Assembly: GCA_029717555.1 (NCBI GenBank)
Contig: JAMDHS010000085.1
Span: forward strand, 1 to 64,000
Direction: 5' to 3'
From: Peribolospora baueri
Lineage: Eukaryota
Length of the DNA stretch: 64,000 nt
Within the stretch, counting starts at the first letter, position 1, and each line of letters opens with the position of its first letter. A model generated the notes under the pieces. It did not search any database, was not told where the DNA came from, and saw only the letters and a list, made by a program, of their open reading frames with translations. Below, piece by piece: positions 22,672 through 41,689 of the stretch. Position numbers and translations under genes: made by a program.

Positions 22672-25053
22672 TCAGAGTGCCACTACGGCTGTGGCGGCGC
22701 GGGTGCCGTCCCAGACGACCGTGTGGTCTACGGTTACATACTGCTTGGTCACGAGCTTGATCGCTTCTTGGCTCGCCAGGCCTCCCAAGAGCGCAGCCGT
22801 GTTGGGCAAGTCGGTGTAACCGGAACGGGCGCTGCAGGGACACGGGGGAGAGAGTCAGGAACGACGAATATGTGAAAGGAGCCGCCAAAAAGCCGCCAAC
22901 GCAGGTCCACGACTAGACTCACATTTCTCGCAACGCGTTCTGAATTCCTTTGTTCTCGCTCGCCTGCGGGATACCAAGTTCCTTCCACAGCTCGTCCGCG
23001 GTGGTTACCAGTCTCTGGACATCCGTCTCCCAGTCCTCTTCCGCAGCCTCAAGGACCTTCTCCCCGTTCGGCCCCTCCGTCTTCTCCTTGTCCTCATCTT
23101 TCTTCAAAGGCGCGCCTGGATATCGTCCGTAAGAGCCAAAAAAGCGCTCCCCGGCGAGAAAAGCGAGGTGATAAACGAGGGGAGCCCTCGGGTCCGCAAA
23201 TCCGGATTCGATGCCAACGTCGAGACTGGCTAGGTCGGCAAGGACTTCCTTCTTTGGATGCTCCCTCTCCTGCCTCAAACTCCTCCCGCGTATGACCTTG
23301 AGATAGCCTGCATGCTTGACGAATGTCTCCACCTCTTCCGGAGGTATTCTTCCTACGGCAAGCCCCACGCCCTCGAGCACCTTGGCGAGGTACCTCGTCA
23401 CTCCTGCCAGGTCGGCCTTGGCCTTTGTGCGATAGACATGCTGCATCAAGACGTAGCCTGATGAGGTGGACTTCATGTCTGGCAAGGACCCCGGAAGGGG
23501 GAGAACACCGCCACCGTCCGGAGAGCGAACAAAGTCCCGGACGGCTCGAAGGAGAAGCCAAAAGTTAGGTGACTGGTCCCCGGCAAGGAAAGAAAAGGCA
23601 GTCGATGGGGTCCGCAAATGAATGAAGCACTGTGAGCGTCGACGGTCATTCAAACGATAGGCACACGTGACGCACCGAGGCAGATACATTCTCGCACGCC
23701 GCGTCGTCGAACAAGTTTTCAATATCTGACGGTACCTGAGGATCCAGGCACGGAGCTTTAGTAACGTGCGAGATGATCGAGTCACATGAGAGAGCCCACC
23801 TTTGTGGGCATGCAAGCCCTCCAGACATGAGCGAGTGCCTCGTCAAAATTCTCCTCATCGGCGTTTCGCTTGCCGGCAAGAATCATCTGCTTGAACTCGT
23901 TCTTCTCCGCGTATGTGCTCGGCAGCTTGCCGTCGTGCTGCGGGAACGGAAGAAAGAAAATCAATGTCAGCGGGCCAGTGGGAGCGCAAGGGTGAAATCA
24001 GTGGCTCGTGTGGAGCTAGTCTACACGTCCGCCCTCACAGTGCCCTTCCATTCCTCGAGGTACTTGACAAGAATGACGACGTAAGGGATGTGGCCGTGCT
24101 CCATCATGTCGTCCGTGTCAAAATCGAAGGAGCGAACATATTTGAGCAGCTCTGGAAAGGGACGGTCTAAGCGGAGTTCGATGACGTTTTCTGGGTGGGT
24201 CTCCACGACTGGGTAAAAAAGGTAAAAGACCACGTTCAGATCGAACGGCGTCCAGTGGCCGACTACTTCGAGACAGGGAACGCCTTCCAAAAACACAGAC
24301 ACAGACTCACTCAGATGCTCCCTCGCCTGTATCCTGACCTCCCCCAGAAACCCGGCACTCTTCAGAAGCATGAGCGGAATGTCACGCTCCCAGCACAAGT
24401 CGGAGAGGGGTAAGGCCACCGTGTCGGGGACGCCAACAGCGATAACGAGAGAGAAGCGGGTAAAAAAGTCGGGAGAGCTCTTGAGAAGATCAACCGGGTC
24501 CTTTTTTCAAGGTGGCAAGGAACAGCTTTGTGAGGCCAAGGCCGGGAAATCATACTTGTTCACCTTCATGCGCGACCTGTCGACTCACCCCCTCCACCGC
24601 CTCTCCCATGACGCGATCGTTGAGCTCCATGAGAAGCGGGACGACAGCTTGCGCCCTCGACTTGCCTATGTCCTCCTCCTGTAGGAAAAAGTTGTTTCCA
24701 ACATCCTCCTCCCGGACTTTTTCAGGATCGAGGACTGTGAAAGAGCCGATGCCGGGCAGGACCAAGTTCTTGAGCGTGGAGGTGGCAGTGGAGGTGCCGT
24801 TCAGAACAAGAATGTGGGCATTCTCAAGCGCTGATTGGCCCGAAGACGCCCACAGGCGCAGTTGGCGGTCGTATCGCTGTGTCTTGGCGTCTGGTCGCAC
24901 CCTTGAGAGAGAAGAAAGCAGACGGTGTCGGAGAGGACAGGCGACGAGGCACGATTTCGTGAACGGGAGCTCGCTGGTGGCCAGCAGGCGCAGGTATTCG
25001 CTCAGCACTGACCTCGTCTCGCGCTTCAATTCGCCCACCTGCTCTTGATCCAT
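22672..25053 (-). CDS. ULA1: NEDD8-activating enzyme E1 regulatory subunit (NAE1/APPBP1)
   Basis: [21 protein letters not shown]...[35 protein letters not shown]; last exon [24 protein letters not shown]. Confidence 0.93.
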
Positions 25054-25296
25054 TGTAAGCTTCCAGACTTTAAGACAGAGGCTCTGTACCGTCGTTGCCT
25101 GCTTGGAGAAAGCAAGAGCTGAGCTGTCTTGATTGGTAGGGCCTTTTGTGGGTTGTGGACGTCGTGACCTAACCTCGACTTGATCGGCCTCCGTTGCATG
25201 CACGGCCTTGCCGCAGCATTTCGTCGTCCAACTTCCTTCGCGAAAGTCGCTTCGTCATTTCTTCAGTACCTCTTTCCTGTCGGTCAGCTAGTAGGC

Positions 25297-28200
25297 ATGG
25301 CGCCAGAAGCCGGGAATGCGGAGGCACAAGGAAAGAAGAGAAAGAGGACGGAAGAAGATCAAAATGCAGGAGTGTCGAAGAAGGCGCCAGCGACTCCTGC
25401 TACTCCCGCCTTCGTGAATGGCCAGCAGGTTAGAAATGCCCTGTCGAGCCGGAGCGCTGACTCACTCAAGGAAGGTGAGTGTTCCAGAGTTCATATCTTG
25501 CTCCTCGCCCTGTCTCATTACGAGCTATGTCAGACGGGACAAAGTGCTCCACTGACCGCCCTTCTGCTTTATGCCTCGTCGCCCGTTCCGCCTTGGTTCA
25601 GCTTTCACTCGGCTTCGCAATCAGCTTACTCTCCGACATGGGGAGAGCATTGCGCCGAATGATTCTCGTCTGCTGCTCGTCATCGACTACGTTAGGTTTT
25701 CGGCGACGGCCGATGAGATATTCCGCGCTTGGCAAGTCGCGGTGACGGTGAGCTCCGAGGCCCGTCTTCGTTCAGTCGCCCAGCGATAGAAACTGAAAGT
25801 CGTGCGGCGGTGTTTTGCCCGTCGACAGAGCAACGTCCCCGCGCTTGCCCCTCTCTCTCTTACTACGCTTTCCATTATGCTCGACCACCTTTCCGCGCAC
25901 TTCTTCACTCACGCCGATGGCATGGCAATCATCAACCGCATCCTAGACCCGGCCGAAGCTCTCCTTCGGCAGCTGCAAAGCCACCTCGCCGGCACCCGCA
26001 CCGACATGGTCATTGCGTCTCTGAGACTACTCAAATCTATAACCGCTTTTGGAGCTGGCGTAGCCGCCCGCAGGGTGTTTGATAGCTTCCAATGGAGCGC
26101 AAAGGTAGGTATGCGGATGTGTCGTCGCAAGACGAGGGCACACGTGCATGCCCTGACGCCGTCGTCGTGCTTTACTTTGCGTTGTCCATTCTTTTTTTTC
26201 AGAACTTGCCCAAGCTGCTTACCATGCGACGCAAAGGTAACAGCACCGAGGCGGTCCATGCACTTGCGAAGCCGGGTATGTGATTTTTATGCTCTGTTCC
26301 CCTTCCGGAGCCCCTCCTCGTCTTCGCTAAGCGGACCGTTTGGCTTTTCTTTCGCAGACATTCGCACCCTCTACATTCTTTTTCTTCTTTCGTTTCTCAC
26401 CCAAAGGTCGTCTTCGTCGCTTAAGATCGCTTTCATCGGAATCAAAGACTTGCTCTCGTCCATTTTTCGAGGACTAGTCGCCGACCCGTACGAGGTCATT
26501 CAGTACGTTTTGAAGGTCTTCTTCGACGACCTTTTTGGCGACGACAAGATACCCAGGAATGTCAAAGTCGGCTTGTTCAATGAATGGGTGCTGGAACAGG
26601 TGAGTCGTCGGCCACATCACATCTACCTTTACTCTCATCTTCCGAGTCAGAAGCCATTCTTATTCGTTTTTTTGCCACCGAAGATCGTTAAATTGTACAC
26701 TCGCGACGACCCGTCTACCGCCGTGGACGGAAACGAGGGCCCCTCTCCAGCCGACATCGCGCATCACTTTCTTCTCGCCATCACGACTCACCGGGGCTTT
26801 GGAATCTGCTACGCTGACCGCGGTTGGTATCCTCGGCAGGCCCCGGACCAGTCGGCGTTTGCCGCAGGCGCTGTAGAACAGTCGGAAGAAGGGACAGATG
26901 ACTTTCAAAAGGGTGCAAAGGGGCCCAAAATTCATAACAGGTCGTTGGCCAGTCTTCTTCGGATGCTGAAAGTCACCGACGATCCAAAGCAGCAGGAGCT
27001 TGCTCTCAGGATAATGGGCACCTGTCCCGAGCTCGTGGCCGGGTGAGCTCCACCTTCCGATCACATTTAACGCTGCACTGGTTCCGATGCTGACGTCAGA
27101 CCTTCTCTATATCTATAGCTACTGGCAACCGTCGGGACTCACTCTGGAACCGCGCTTGTCCTCCAAGTGGGTGGCTAACGTCGTCTTCATTAGCAAAATC
27201 ATATCGGCTCCCGTTCCTTCCTTTATTTCTCCCGCTACTGGCACCTTTCACTCGAACCCTCCGCCGACAGCGGTCGTGCTTAACAACATCCTCCCGTCCA
27301 CGCTCACCAAAGTGTTCCTCACCCGAGGCCTCCAAGCTGGCGGCCTTGTGCGCCACATGACCGCGGGTGTGCTGAACAAGTGTCTGGAGAAGTGGCGTGT
27401 GGTCCGCGAAGCGTTTTGGACGGCTTCGAGAGAGCTGGAAGAGAGTGTCGAGGACGGTGCTTGGGCAAAGTGCGTCCAGGCCTTGGAAGTGGACATGAGG
27501 AAGAGGGTGCCGGATATGCACGTCATCATCTCCACGCAGCAGCAGCAGCAGCAGGCACCGGCCGTCGACACGAGGCCTGCGGCGGGGGCGAAGCAGTCCC
27601 AGCCGGCCATGTCGCAGAGGCAAGGTGAAAGCGGGGTGGAAGAATCGGCCATCGCCCAGGAAGTCTTTCTCACCGAGGCATTCCTTCGCATGCTATGGCT
27701 ATATCACCTTACTCTGCCGGCGCTTGCACTCGAGAGCCGGTTCGACATTGGCAAGCTCATCGTGAAACCTTTTATGAGGCCGCACGTCACGGGCATCGAG
27801 GCCATTTCGCAGCTTCACGTCCTTCGGCTGTTGGCGATCACTCCGGACTTTGCGTGGTCAAACAAAGCCGGTGAGCTTTTCTTTTGCTTTTCCTTCTGGC
27901 CGTGCGCATTCGTTCACACTTGCTGAATTCGGGTTCCCTTTCGTCTTTACCCTAGGCTCCCGGAGCTATTTGTATCTCCTCCTCTCTATGTACGCCTCGA
28001 CAAAGTTGCAGCCTGTGCGACAGACTTGCGAGGTCCTCTTTCAGCGCACCCTTGGCTCATCAGTACTCTTCGAGCACCATCCTACAGAACTCGGCATATG
28101 GGTCTCCGCCTTGAGCTCGATTCCCCTTTCGCGGACGGCAGAAGGGAGTGCCGCTCCAGCTCGAACGGATGGCGCTGCCTCGCTTCCTTTTGCGGTGTCG

Positions 28201-31200
28201 GGAGAACTAGGCTACGTGCTGGACTTTTTCGATGACTGCATGCTCCGATGCCTCAAAACGCCGTACCGATACGTCGAGTTGGCGAGACAAACGCTCACGT
28301 CGCCAAATGATTCCACCGAGCGCGGTGAGGCCGAACGGTCGTCTTTGGCGGAACACCCATCTCTCGTCGCCAGTCCACTTCTTTTCACGCTCCTGGAGCA
28401 ACTGTCCATTCGCGTATCCAAGTCCCTTTTTGAGTCTTCCGACCAGACTGCAGCAATCGTTTCTTTCATTGGGCAAATCGTCTTCGATATTGCCACTGCC
28501 TCGCCGACGTCACAAGGCTTGCGGGGTGCTGAGACACTCTCCTCTCGCCTGCTTACTGCAGTAGAGGACGGTGATGTTTGCGTCAAGCGACACGCATCAC
28601 TGCTCCAGTCTCGGCTTGCTGCGCTGCGCCAACCATGCGTTCCATCAGATCCAAAAGGCGGCTCGCTGCCAATTGAGAGCATACACCGGACCAGCGCGCT
28701 TCTTCACCATCTGAGGGCAGCTCTGCCAGCTCCCCATGGGGAAACACGGGAGAACGGCGAAAAGCCTTTGCGAACCATCCTTGCTGCAATCGGCCAGTCG
28801 CTCCGCAGCGCACCCTCGGGCAAGCTTGCAGCCCTCAAGGCTCTAGTTTTCGAATCGCCAATGCTCTTGCAGGTGTTCGAGAACAATCAGTCCTCTGCTG
28901 TTCGACAAGGTAAGACAAAAGACAACTGGCTGAGTTACTGTCCGCTTTTCGCTCACGACGCATGGTTTCCAAATCTTATGACAGACGTCGTCGAGCTCGT
29001 AAAGGCATGTCTCGACCCCCAAAGTTCAACAGATCAGGCATGCGCTCGTGCCATCGCGACTCGCGCTTGCGATATTGTTCTTTCCCATTTTGGCGAGGAT
29101 GCAAAGGTGGCAAGGCTTAACGAGGTAAATGTCTTCGTTTCCGCCAGTCTCTCGCACACTTCACTAACAGTGTTTGCTTGCCTTTGAATCTTAGGCGTTA
29201 GGCCTCGCAAGTCCGCTTTTGCCTTTCATGGTTGACGACGAGCTCTTAGAGCTTTGTCGACGGTTCCTGGACTCCGACGAAGGGCTCTGGCGGCAGCTCC
29301 ACAAGTCGTCAGCCGTTTTTGTCCGCTCAGCCATCGCCATTCTCACGCAGGAACGACGATGTGCGGCCGCTTCAGCCTTGTTCGCCTGGCGTCTACTGCG
29401 CATCCTAGACCTTTGGTCTCGCTTCGAGAGTGAATCTGAGGAAGCAGGATTTCTTGGGCACGCCGTTCTCCAAGTACTGGCGTCAACGCTCGCTTCCAAC
29501 ACTCGACAGGCTGCACCTCTCCAGCACGCACCCGTCGAATCAACTACTCCTTGCGTCTCCGACGTTTCGCTCCCGCCGCCAGCGGACTTCGTGTCTGCGC
29601 GACTCTGCAAAGACGACCACACCGGAATGGAAGTCGAGATCCTGGCTCAACTCATCTATCGCTCTAGCGCCTATCGCCACGAGTTCGCCCAAAAGCTAAT
29701 GTCTAACTCTACCCTACTCAAGAAACCGCTCCTTCTCGTACCTCTCCATGCATTGCTTGATGTCACCTTGGCTGACGGTGGTTCGAGTTCCGAGGTGGAC
29801 ATCCGCGCGTGGAAGGACGGTCTCGAGGATGTCCTGGTGGGACGCTATGCCCTCGCCCAGCGGTCGGGCGTCGGCGCGTTCTACCTGGCTTGTCTAGACA
29901 AGGCGCAGCGGCTTCTACCAGCCTCGGCCGTAGCTCTCGTCGAAGGCTCGAAACTATTCCAGTCTTTGACGGCCGAAGAGGCCTTCACTCCGGAACTTGT
30001 GACATTTGCGATCCGCTCATTGGGTCTTTTCGGAAACAGCGACTCCGGTGTGGTTTCGCAGCTCATCGAGGTCACTCTACCGTGGCTAGTCAGACGCTTT
30101 TCGGAGGACGACGAGGACGGAGAGACTTTACTCAATGCCGCTATTCCGTTCGGTGAGTCGAACTTGTTAACCCAGGACTCAGGAGCCCTACTCACGCTCC
30201 GCGTTTCTTTCTCAGGCAATATGATCGCGCGGGCGAAAGAACACGGTGTTTATCCAAGCCGACATCTCGTTGAACCTGTCGTTGTCGCTGGCATCAAGAA
30301 CCGCTTGGCCGTCCCCAGTGTCATAAGCATGATCTCGCGCTTGGTTGACGCTACTGCGTTGAAGGTGAGGGAACGAGCAGAAACTGATAGGATGACTCTA
30401 AGGTTCTACTGAGCTAATTTGCCGTCACCAGTCTGGAAGCCATTCTGGCCACTTGCAGAACATCCTGGCCCACGCACGATTAAAGACTTTAGCCGACTTG
30501 CCGTCTGAAGATGGGCGTCGAAGGGAGCTCGTCGGTCTGATCAGGACGCTCGTCCAGCAGGATCCCTCCGGATGTTGTCGTCCTGACGTCATTGAGCAGC
30601 TCCTACGCCTCTATCGGGCAAGCTTAGGAGAAAGCGATCTTGGGCTTCTATCCGTCTTCCGAGTGTTCGAAGTCGTTCGGCGGTCTTCATTCACATCGGT
30701 TGTCCGGCATTGGAGCGCGGATCCTACGCATCGGCCACAGAAAGGATTCGACGTCGTTCTTTCTTTGGATGCTTCCAGGGTCTTCGCGACCTGTCTCGAT
30801 TTTCCTCAGTCGCGGTCTATCCAGCACCTTGCCGAACCGCCCAAGGAGATTGATGATCGCGCGGGAAAACTTTATGATCCCGTATTTGTCTTGAGCTTGC
30901 TCGCCGCGGCCCTGGAGGAGACCAAGCTCAGCGGCTTGCAGTGGCTGTCTCTGCTGCGCACCAATGTGATCAGCCTTTCCATCGCCGCTTTGTCCTCGAA
31001 GAGGCCAAGCATGCGTAGACTGGCCATGGCTCTCCTGAGTCGAATGTACTCGGAGATGAAGGTGAGTTCAGCAGATGGTCGCCTGTTTCGTCCACCGCTG
31101 TTGATCCTAAAGACAACTGTCGCTATGGCACACACAGGATGTTCCGTTCCAGGAGCGAGATCAAGTCATTTTCGTCCTCGATGCTCTCCGCAACTGTTTG

Positions 31201-32157
31201 TCGGAGCCGCTCCCCACTGGACCTTCCCGACTTCCGACGACCACCACGTTGCTCATTGCCCATGCAGTACGCACCATCGCGTTCCCCTCCCATTTCATGT
31301 TCCCGCACCTCAGTCGGTTCCTCCTTCAACGACCGCTGGTAGACGCAAGCGACTTGCCGCTTCTCTACAACATGCTTTATTCGTCGTCCGACGAGCATAG
31401 GCAGGAGCGAGCTTGGATGCTGAAGTACCTCAGGGACAGTCTGACGGGCCGAGAGGTGCGATCATTTGACGTCTCGTCCTCCATTTGGCCCTTCAGTGGC
31501 GGTACTCACATAGCTCACCTCGCGTCCGTGTCGTCTGCATCACCAGGAGTGGAAAGTCTTCGGGCGACGACATGTCTTCGACCTGTTGGCTAGTTTGTAC
31601 GAAGCTTCAAGAGGAGAGCAGACTACGGAGACGCTCATATGGGAGGTGCGCAAGTTTCTGAAGACGCGACTGGCATCCTCTGATGACAAATGTGCTGACA
31701 TCGCGCTCGACATCCGCTCAGGTATTGTACAAGGGTGCTCGGGATCGGCACGTCGCCACCGACCTCATCCTCCGCCACTCCATCCTTACGTGGATACTGC
31801 AACAGCTGGCTAGCGTTCCCCCGGGCCGCCGTGAAAGTCAGATGGACGTCCTGCCATGGTTTCGTCTCGTGGACCGTCTTCTCGCGACGGCAGATAGGAG
31901 CCGTCTCAGTCGGTACACTAGGCGGGCCTGGGCGTGCTCGGCCGTCGCCATCGTCACCAAGGGCCTAGACAAATGCCGTAAGTCATCGAGAGAAGAAGCA
32001 CGCAGCGCAAACAATCTGCTGACAGCCTGTCGTGGTCTCTTGCTCAGCTCTCGGCGCAGACGCTGAAGCGGAACTGCAGCACCTTTCCCAACGCATCCTT
32101 CGCCGCACTAAAATACAGATGAGACCGAAGAGTGGTATGACGGAGGAGGCCATGTAG
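25297..32157 (+). CDS. URB1: Nucleolar pre-ribosomal-associated protein 1 (Npa1/Urb1), multi-exon
   Basis: DIRTLYILFLLSFL, FRGLVADPYEVI, IHNRSL, LYDPVFVL and HFMFPHLSRFLLQRP...DLPLLYNMLYSSSDEHRQERAWML; large helical protein. The 3' end is estimated. Confidence 0.85.
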
Positions 32158-32228
32158 CGAAGCGACGGGTGAGAATGAATGCAGAAAATAGAGAAGATGG
32201 AGGACGCCAAATGCCGGTGTCGTGTCCC

Positions 32229-36249
<4,021 letters not shown>

Positions 36250-36923
36250 GGCTTTGCTGGCTTTGCTGGCTTTTGCGCGCTCGTCCGTCGGTGTCCGTGT
36301 CCGTGTCCGTTCGAGGAAAAACTGTCGATCGTGTCGACTCGAGAGTCGAGTGAAAGCAGAATTAATGATGAGCACGAAGAAAGAAAATAAAAGGGCCGGG
36401 AGTGGAAAAGGTTGGCTTGGTCTCCTTTGACGTCTTGGGACGGAATGATGGAGGAAAGGAAGGTGGTGGCTCGTCGTCGACCGTCGAGGAACCCATTTAC
36501 GCGTCGCGTGACGACCGATCAATCCCATATACGCGTCGCGTCAAGCGCGCGCAGAAGACAACACGCACTTGCATTGCCTATCCCGCTTCCGCCATATACA
36601 TGCTTATTAGCCGCACGTCCAACTATTTGCGAGACGACGCGGTGCGGTAGGCAGGGAGAATTATTCGTGCTAGCTAATTTTGTCCCGCTTCCGACTCCGT
36701 CCAATGGAAGGAAGTATGGGAGCCGAGGGGTACGGTACACGGGGGGATAAGGATGGGAGAGGGGTACCAGAACAGTCGAGAGCCGTCGGAAAGAAACAGA
36801 GTGTCCGCCCGAACCGAAGCGGCCCAACACCCGAAAGAGGAACGCGGAGATGGAAAAGAAACAAGAGGAAAAACAATGAAGCACGAAAGCGGAGGAAACG
36901 CCGGCATCGTCCATCTACTCCAT

Positions 36924-39900
36924 CTACTTGGGAGCGCGGTTGGCGAGAACACGAGCAGGCTCGGACATCTGGATGAAGACGTCGTCGGCAGGGCTATGTG
37001 CGAGGGGGAGGACAAGGTGATCGAAATGAGCATGGGAAAAAGACGTCTTGGGCCTCGTTCACGCCGGGATACTCACTGTCGGTACAAGCCAGACTTGAGA
37101 CGGCGCTGATCGATGTGGTGGCCTGTCGAGCGAAACGAAGAATGCGGGAGTCAAATCTCTGTCGCTCGATGCTGAGAACGCGCGCGAGACACTCACCGAT
37201 AAAGCCGATAGACCTTCCGAGGACGAAGAGAGCGTTAAGAATGCCCATGCTGATGTACTCGTCCGCCTCCTCGCGAGTGAAGGCGCCAGAATTGCGGAGG
37301 AGGTCGACCATGCACACGGCAATGCATCCGTCGACTGCAGACGAGCCGGAGAGAAAGAAAGAGAGCGGATCGATGAGTCAATGGACAAGGGGAGAACAAC
37401 TTCAAAAAGAAGGCTCACCGTTGAGAATGAGCGAGTCCTTCTTGGCCGTCGTGACCTTCTCGACGCCGAGAGCATAGTCAAGCATGGCGTGCTGCGGGAA
37501 GTTCTTCAGCACAAAGCTGGAGGAGGATGGGAAAGAATGGAGCGGTGAGCGTGCGAGCGAGGCTCGCCGAGATGAGAAAAGCACGACTCACTCCTTGACG
37601 ACGGTCACACGGAAATCCGGGTTGGTGACCGACTTGATCTTGTGGCCGATACCGGGGATGAGCTTGTTCTTTCGGCGGCACTCGTCGACAAACTCGCGCG
37701 GGGAGAGGCCCTTGTCGACGGCGTAGGTGAACTCTCTTGCGGCGCCGTCGAGGGCGCCACCGAAGCGGTCACCGATGGTGAGGAGACCAGAGACGAGGGA
37801 AGAGATGAGGTCCTTGCCGGCACGAGTCGTGATGATCGTGTTCATGGCACTGCCCGGGAGAGGGGGTGGGGTGAGAAGGAGATGGATGAGACACAAAGTC
37901 TAGCTCGAAGAATAGATGATGACACGCGCGCTGCCGCAGCGACTCACCCAGAGACAGCAGGACCGTGGTCGGCGGTGAGCATGAGGGCCATCTCGAGGAA
38001 CTTGCGGCCGTAGTCGGGCAAGAGGCGCTTGAACCAGAGGAGGGAAATGACGCCGCCAATGCCCATGTCGGAGCCAAAGACCTCGGAAAGCTTGACGCCA
38101 GAGTACATGAGCTCTTCACCGCGCTCGTCAGAGATGGTGGAAATGAAAGCGGCCGGCTTGCGGATCATACCCAGCTCCTGAGCCCACTTGTAGTCGACGG
38201 GGATCTGCGGCGGCGGCCTCTCGGGGCGGACGAGGATGGAGCCGTCGGCGACGAGACCGTTGTAGACCTGACGCAAGAGAGTGGGAAGGTCCTCGAAGGT
38301 GTCGGGGACGTGGATGCCTGCGTTCTTCATCGCCAAGTTCTTGGCGCTGGCCGTCTCGAGGTCCGAGTTGGCCATGGAGCCGGCGTGACCGAACTGAACC
38401 TCGGTGGTGAACATCTTGGCACAAGTGCCGATGGCCCAAGCGACGATGGGCTTGGTGATGGTGCCGTTCTTGACCGCCTCGATGACGCGGTACTCCTCCA
38501 CGCCGCCGACCTCGCCGAGGAGGACCATCATCTTACAGTTGGGATCCATCTCGTATCGGAGGAGGTGGTCGATGAAGGTGGAGCCGGGGTAGCGGTCACC
38601 GCCGATGGCGATACCCTCGTAGGTACCGTTGGTGGTGAGGGAGAGGATGTTGTTCAGTTCGTTGGACATGCCGCCGGACTTGGAGACGTAGCCGACGGAG
38701 CCAGGGCGGTAGAGCTTGGAGGCGAGGATGTTGTCCATCATGCCGCCAGAGTTGCCGATGCGGAAGCAGCCGGGCTTGATGCCGCCGACGGTGGCGGGGC
38801 CGATGATGAGCACGCCAGCGCGCTTGGCGTCCCAGAGGATCTGCCTGGCGTGGCGCTCGGGCACGCCTTCAGCGATGATGGCGATGGCCCGGATCTGAGG
38901 GAGGGCGAGAATTTCGTTGGTGGACTGGAAGACGGAGCGAGAGGAGGCAAAGTTGACGACGACGTCGGCATCCGGGTGTTTGGCGACGGCGTCCTTGACG
39001 GAAGTATAGACGGGCAGAAGGGTCTCCTTGGTGCCCCAGTAGAACTTTTGGATGTGGTGACCGCCGAAGGGATAGATCATGGCGGCGACGGAAGGGTTGG
39101 ACCTTCCACAGGAGAAGTCAAAGTCGAGCATGCCCTGGATGGCACGAGGCTGAAGACCGTAAACGAGGGCGCGGGTGTAGGCATCGAAGGGGAGGTGGGC
39201 GGGGCGAGGGCCAGACGTGGGAGCCGAGTCGAAGTGGACGATCTGGTCGTTCGGCTGGACGCGGTCACCCTGGGCGAGGACGGCGCCGGTGGAGGGCTCG
39301 GGGGCGGGGGTGGGAGCACCAGTGCGCGCGACGGGGCTCTGCATGCCGTTTGGAGTGGGCGCCAAGCCGTCCTTTCCGTTCATCGTCGATCGCATCTCGT
39401 CCTCGGTCTTGAGACCGAGAGCGAGAGGGACGATGTCAGTGACGTGCGTCTCGGGACCGTAGACGTGGATAGGCACGCCGAGGTCCTCGCCGAGGAGACG
39501 CATGGCGCGGAGACCCTCCTGGTAGTTGGGACCGGCGCGACGGACGTAGATCTTGACGCCGTGCTTGATAAGCGCCTGGCGGTACTCCTTGAGAGCGCGG
39601 ATGATGCCTTTGAAGGTGGCGGCGACGTTGGTGAAGTTGGCGATACCGCCGCCGATGATGAGGAGCTTGCCCTTGGGGTTGACGTCGCCGCGGGTCATGA
39701 GGTCGACTGGCGAATCATAGTGAGGGCACGGTTGAGAGAGTCAGGGTGGGGAACGCGTCGTGACGAACACTGTCGTCAACTCGATCGATCGAACCCGAGG
39801 AAAGCACTCACGCAAAGTCTTAGCGTACTCGTAAGTTTGGCCCTCGGTGGGAGCTCCAGAGTACTCGCCGTAGTTGGCCAACTCGTGAGCGAAACCGTGA

Positions 39901-41436
39901 GCGGCGATGGCGTCACTGTGGGGGGAGAAAAAAAAGGAAGAGAAGACGAAAGGAGAGGCGGAAACGAAAGAAAAAAATGAAATGAATAAAAAGGTCAGAA
40001 GGTCGAGCTGGAAGCAAAAGGCAAAGGCGGAAATATCAAGGAGGGGACGACGCACGAGTAGACGACAGAGGCGCCGCCACCGGCGACCATGGTCCAGATG
40101 CGACCTTCGGCGTTAAGAACGGTAAGCTTGAGGGAGGCACCGGTGCCAGCGTCGAGCTTGGAGATGTAGCCCTCTTCCTTGGTGAGGTCGCGACCAAAGG
40201 GGGCGGGCCAATACATGGGGGGCCCGCGGTCGGTGGTGACGGCGGAGGAGACGACGTGGTTGGAGCCGTCAAAGACGGTGGGATCGCGGGCGATGGACCA
40301 CTTGGGTCCGCAGATAAAGTCGGCGGTCTGGTCGAGCTTTGCGGCCATGTCGAGGTAGTAGATGTCGCCCGAGTCGAGACAGACGAGGGGGTTGATTTCG
40401 AGGTAGGCAAAGTGGAGGTCGACGTAGACGGAGTAGAGTCGGATGAGGAAGTCGGTCATGACCTCCTTCTTGGCGTCGGAAATGCCGCCAAGGAGGACGT
40501 TGGTGATTTCTGATCGGGAGGGGAAGGCATTTTCGTCGACGGGGATGAGAAGTTTTTTGGCCTTTGCGTCGACGTCGCCGACCTCGACGCCGCCCTCGTG
40601 GGTGAAGAGGATGTAGTCGCCCTCGCGAGCGGAGTAGATGGAGACATAGAACTCTGTGTCGGCGGGGTGGGGCTGGAAAGGCTCTACGATGAAGTTGTTG
40701 AGCGTGCCGGTGGTCTTCTCGACCTGGAGGGGGGGTGGTTGCCGCAGCGGGGAAGAAGAAGGAAGAAAAGGAGCGGATGGGGATGATCGGCGGGCGAGTG
40801 TACCATCCGGATCAGTATCAGTATCAGAAGCCGCTCGCTTGGTCGCTGGACGGGCTGTCGATATCGTTTGCATGGGCAGACTACGGTCTGGAGCCGCGGA
40901 TAGGGACATCCGAAGCGCGGAGGCTGCTTGACAGGTGTGACAGCGGAAGAAGAGGGAAGAAACGCACCTGGACGGGCTTGCCAGCGCGGTCGGCGATCCA
41001 CTGCTTGGCGGCGGGCCAGTCGGCGTTGAGCTTGAGAAGGCCAGCCTTTCCGCGACGCTTGATGAGCTGGTCTGGCTTTGCGACGAGCTTGTCGGTGAAG
41101 ACCCAGGCAGGGAGGGCGGAGTCGGGGGTGATGGTGTTCGTCGCGGGGTCCCAGGCGACCTGAGCGACCTTTGCGGTGGGTGCCTTGAAGTTGGAGGAGG
41201 TGGTGGCGTTGGGGTGTGCGGGAGGGGCCCTGGGGAGCCAGTAGTTGATTAGAAGCTTTGCATCAAACTCGCGAATGGCTGGGGGAAGGGGGGTGCGAGA
41301 CAAGGGCAAGCGGGTAAGCAGCTGATCAAGGAGCAGGGGGGTTGACGTTTGACAGGTGGGTCCGCTGGCGGGTGGGTGGGGCGTGGGTCGCAGTTGCTGT
41401 CGCTGGAAATGGTCGGTGCTCACCTTTGGAAGACAT
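36924..41436 (-). CDS. ACL1: ATP-citrate lyase, single fused polypeptide
   Basis: [61 protein letters not shown]. Confidence 0.97.
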
Positions 41437-41689
41437 GACGGGCGAGGACGATGGGAGAGAAGGAGGAGGGGGATGGGGATGGAGGTCGGGAGGATGGAGG
41501 GGAAGGAAGACGAGGGAGGATAAAAGCGATGAGTTGGCGATGAGTTGGCCACCGTCGATTTACTCTGTCCTCTTCTTCTTCTCGCCTCGTCCCCAACTCA
41601 GCTCGCTCGACCATGCGTTCCACGCCCCAGCACCAAACTCTCAGACACCCCCAAATCGACTGCGGCAACTTCTTCGAACGGCCGCTGCG

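Noticed and set aside
37965..39980. 671-aa plus-strand ORF (and similar ones such as 56454..57521)
   Set aside because: Antisense shadows of strongly codon-biased genes (ACL1, PRP22).
36924..41436. Fused two-subunit ATP-citrate lyase as a novelty
   Set aside because: Single-chain ACL is already known in basidiomycetes and animals.
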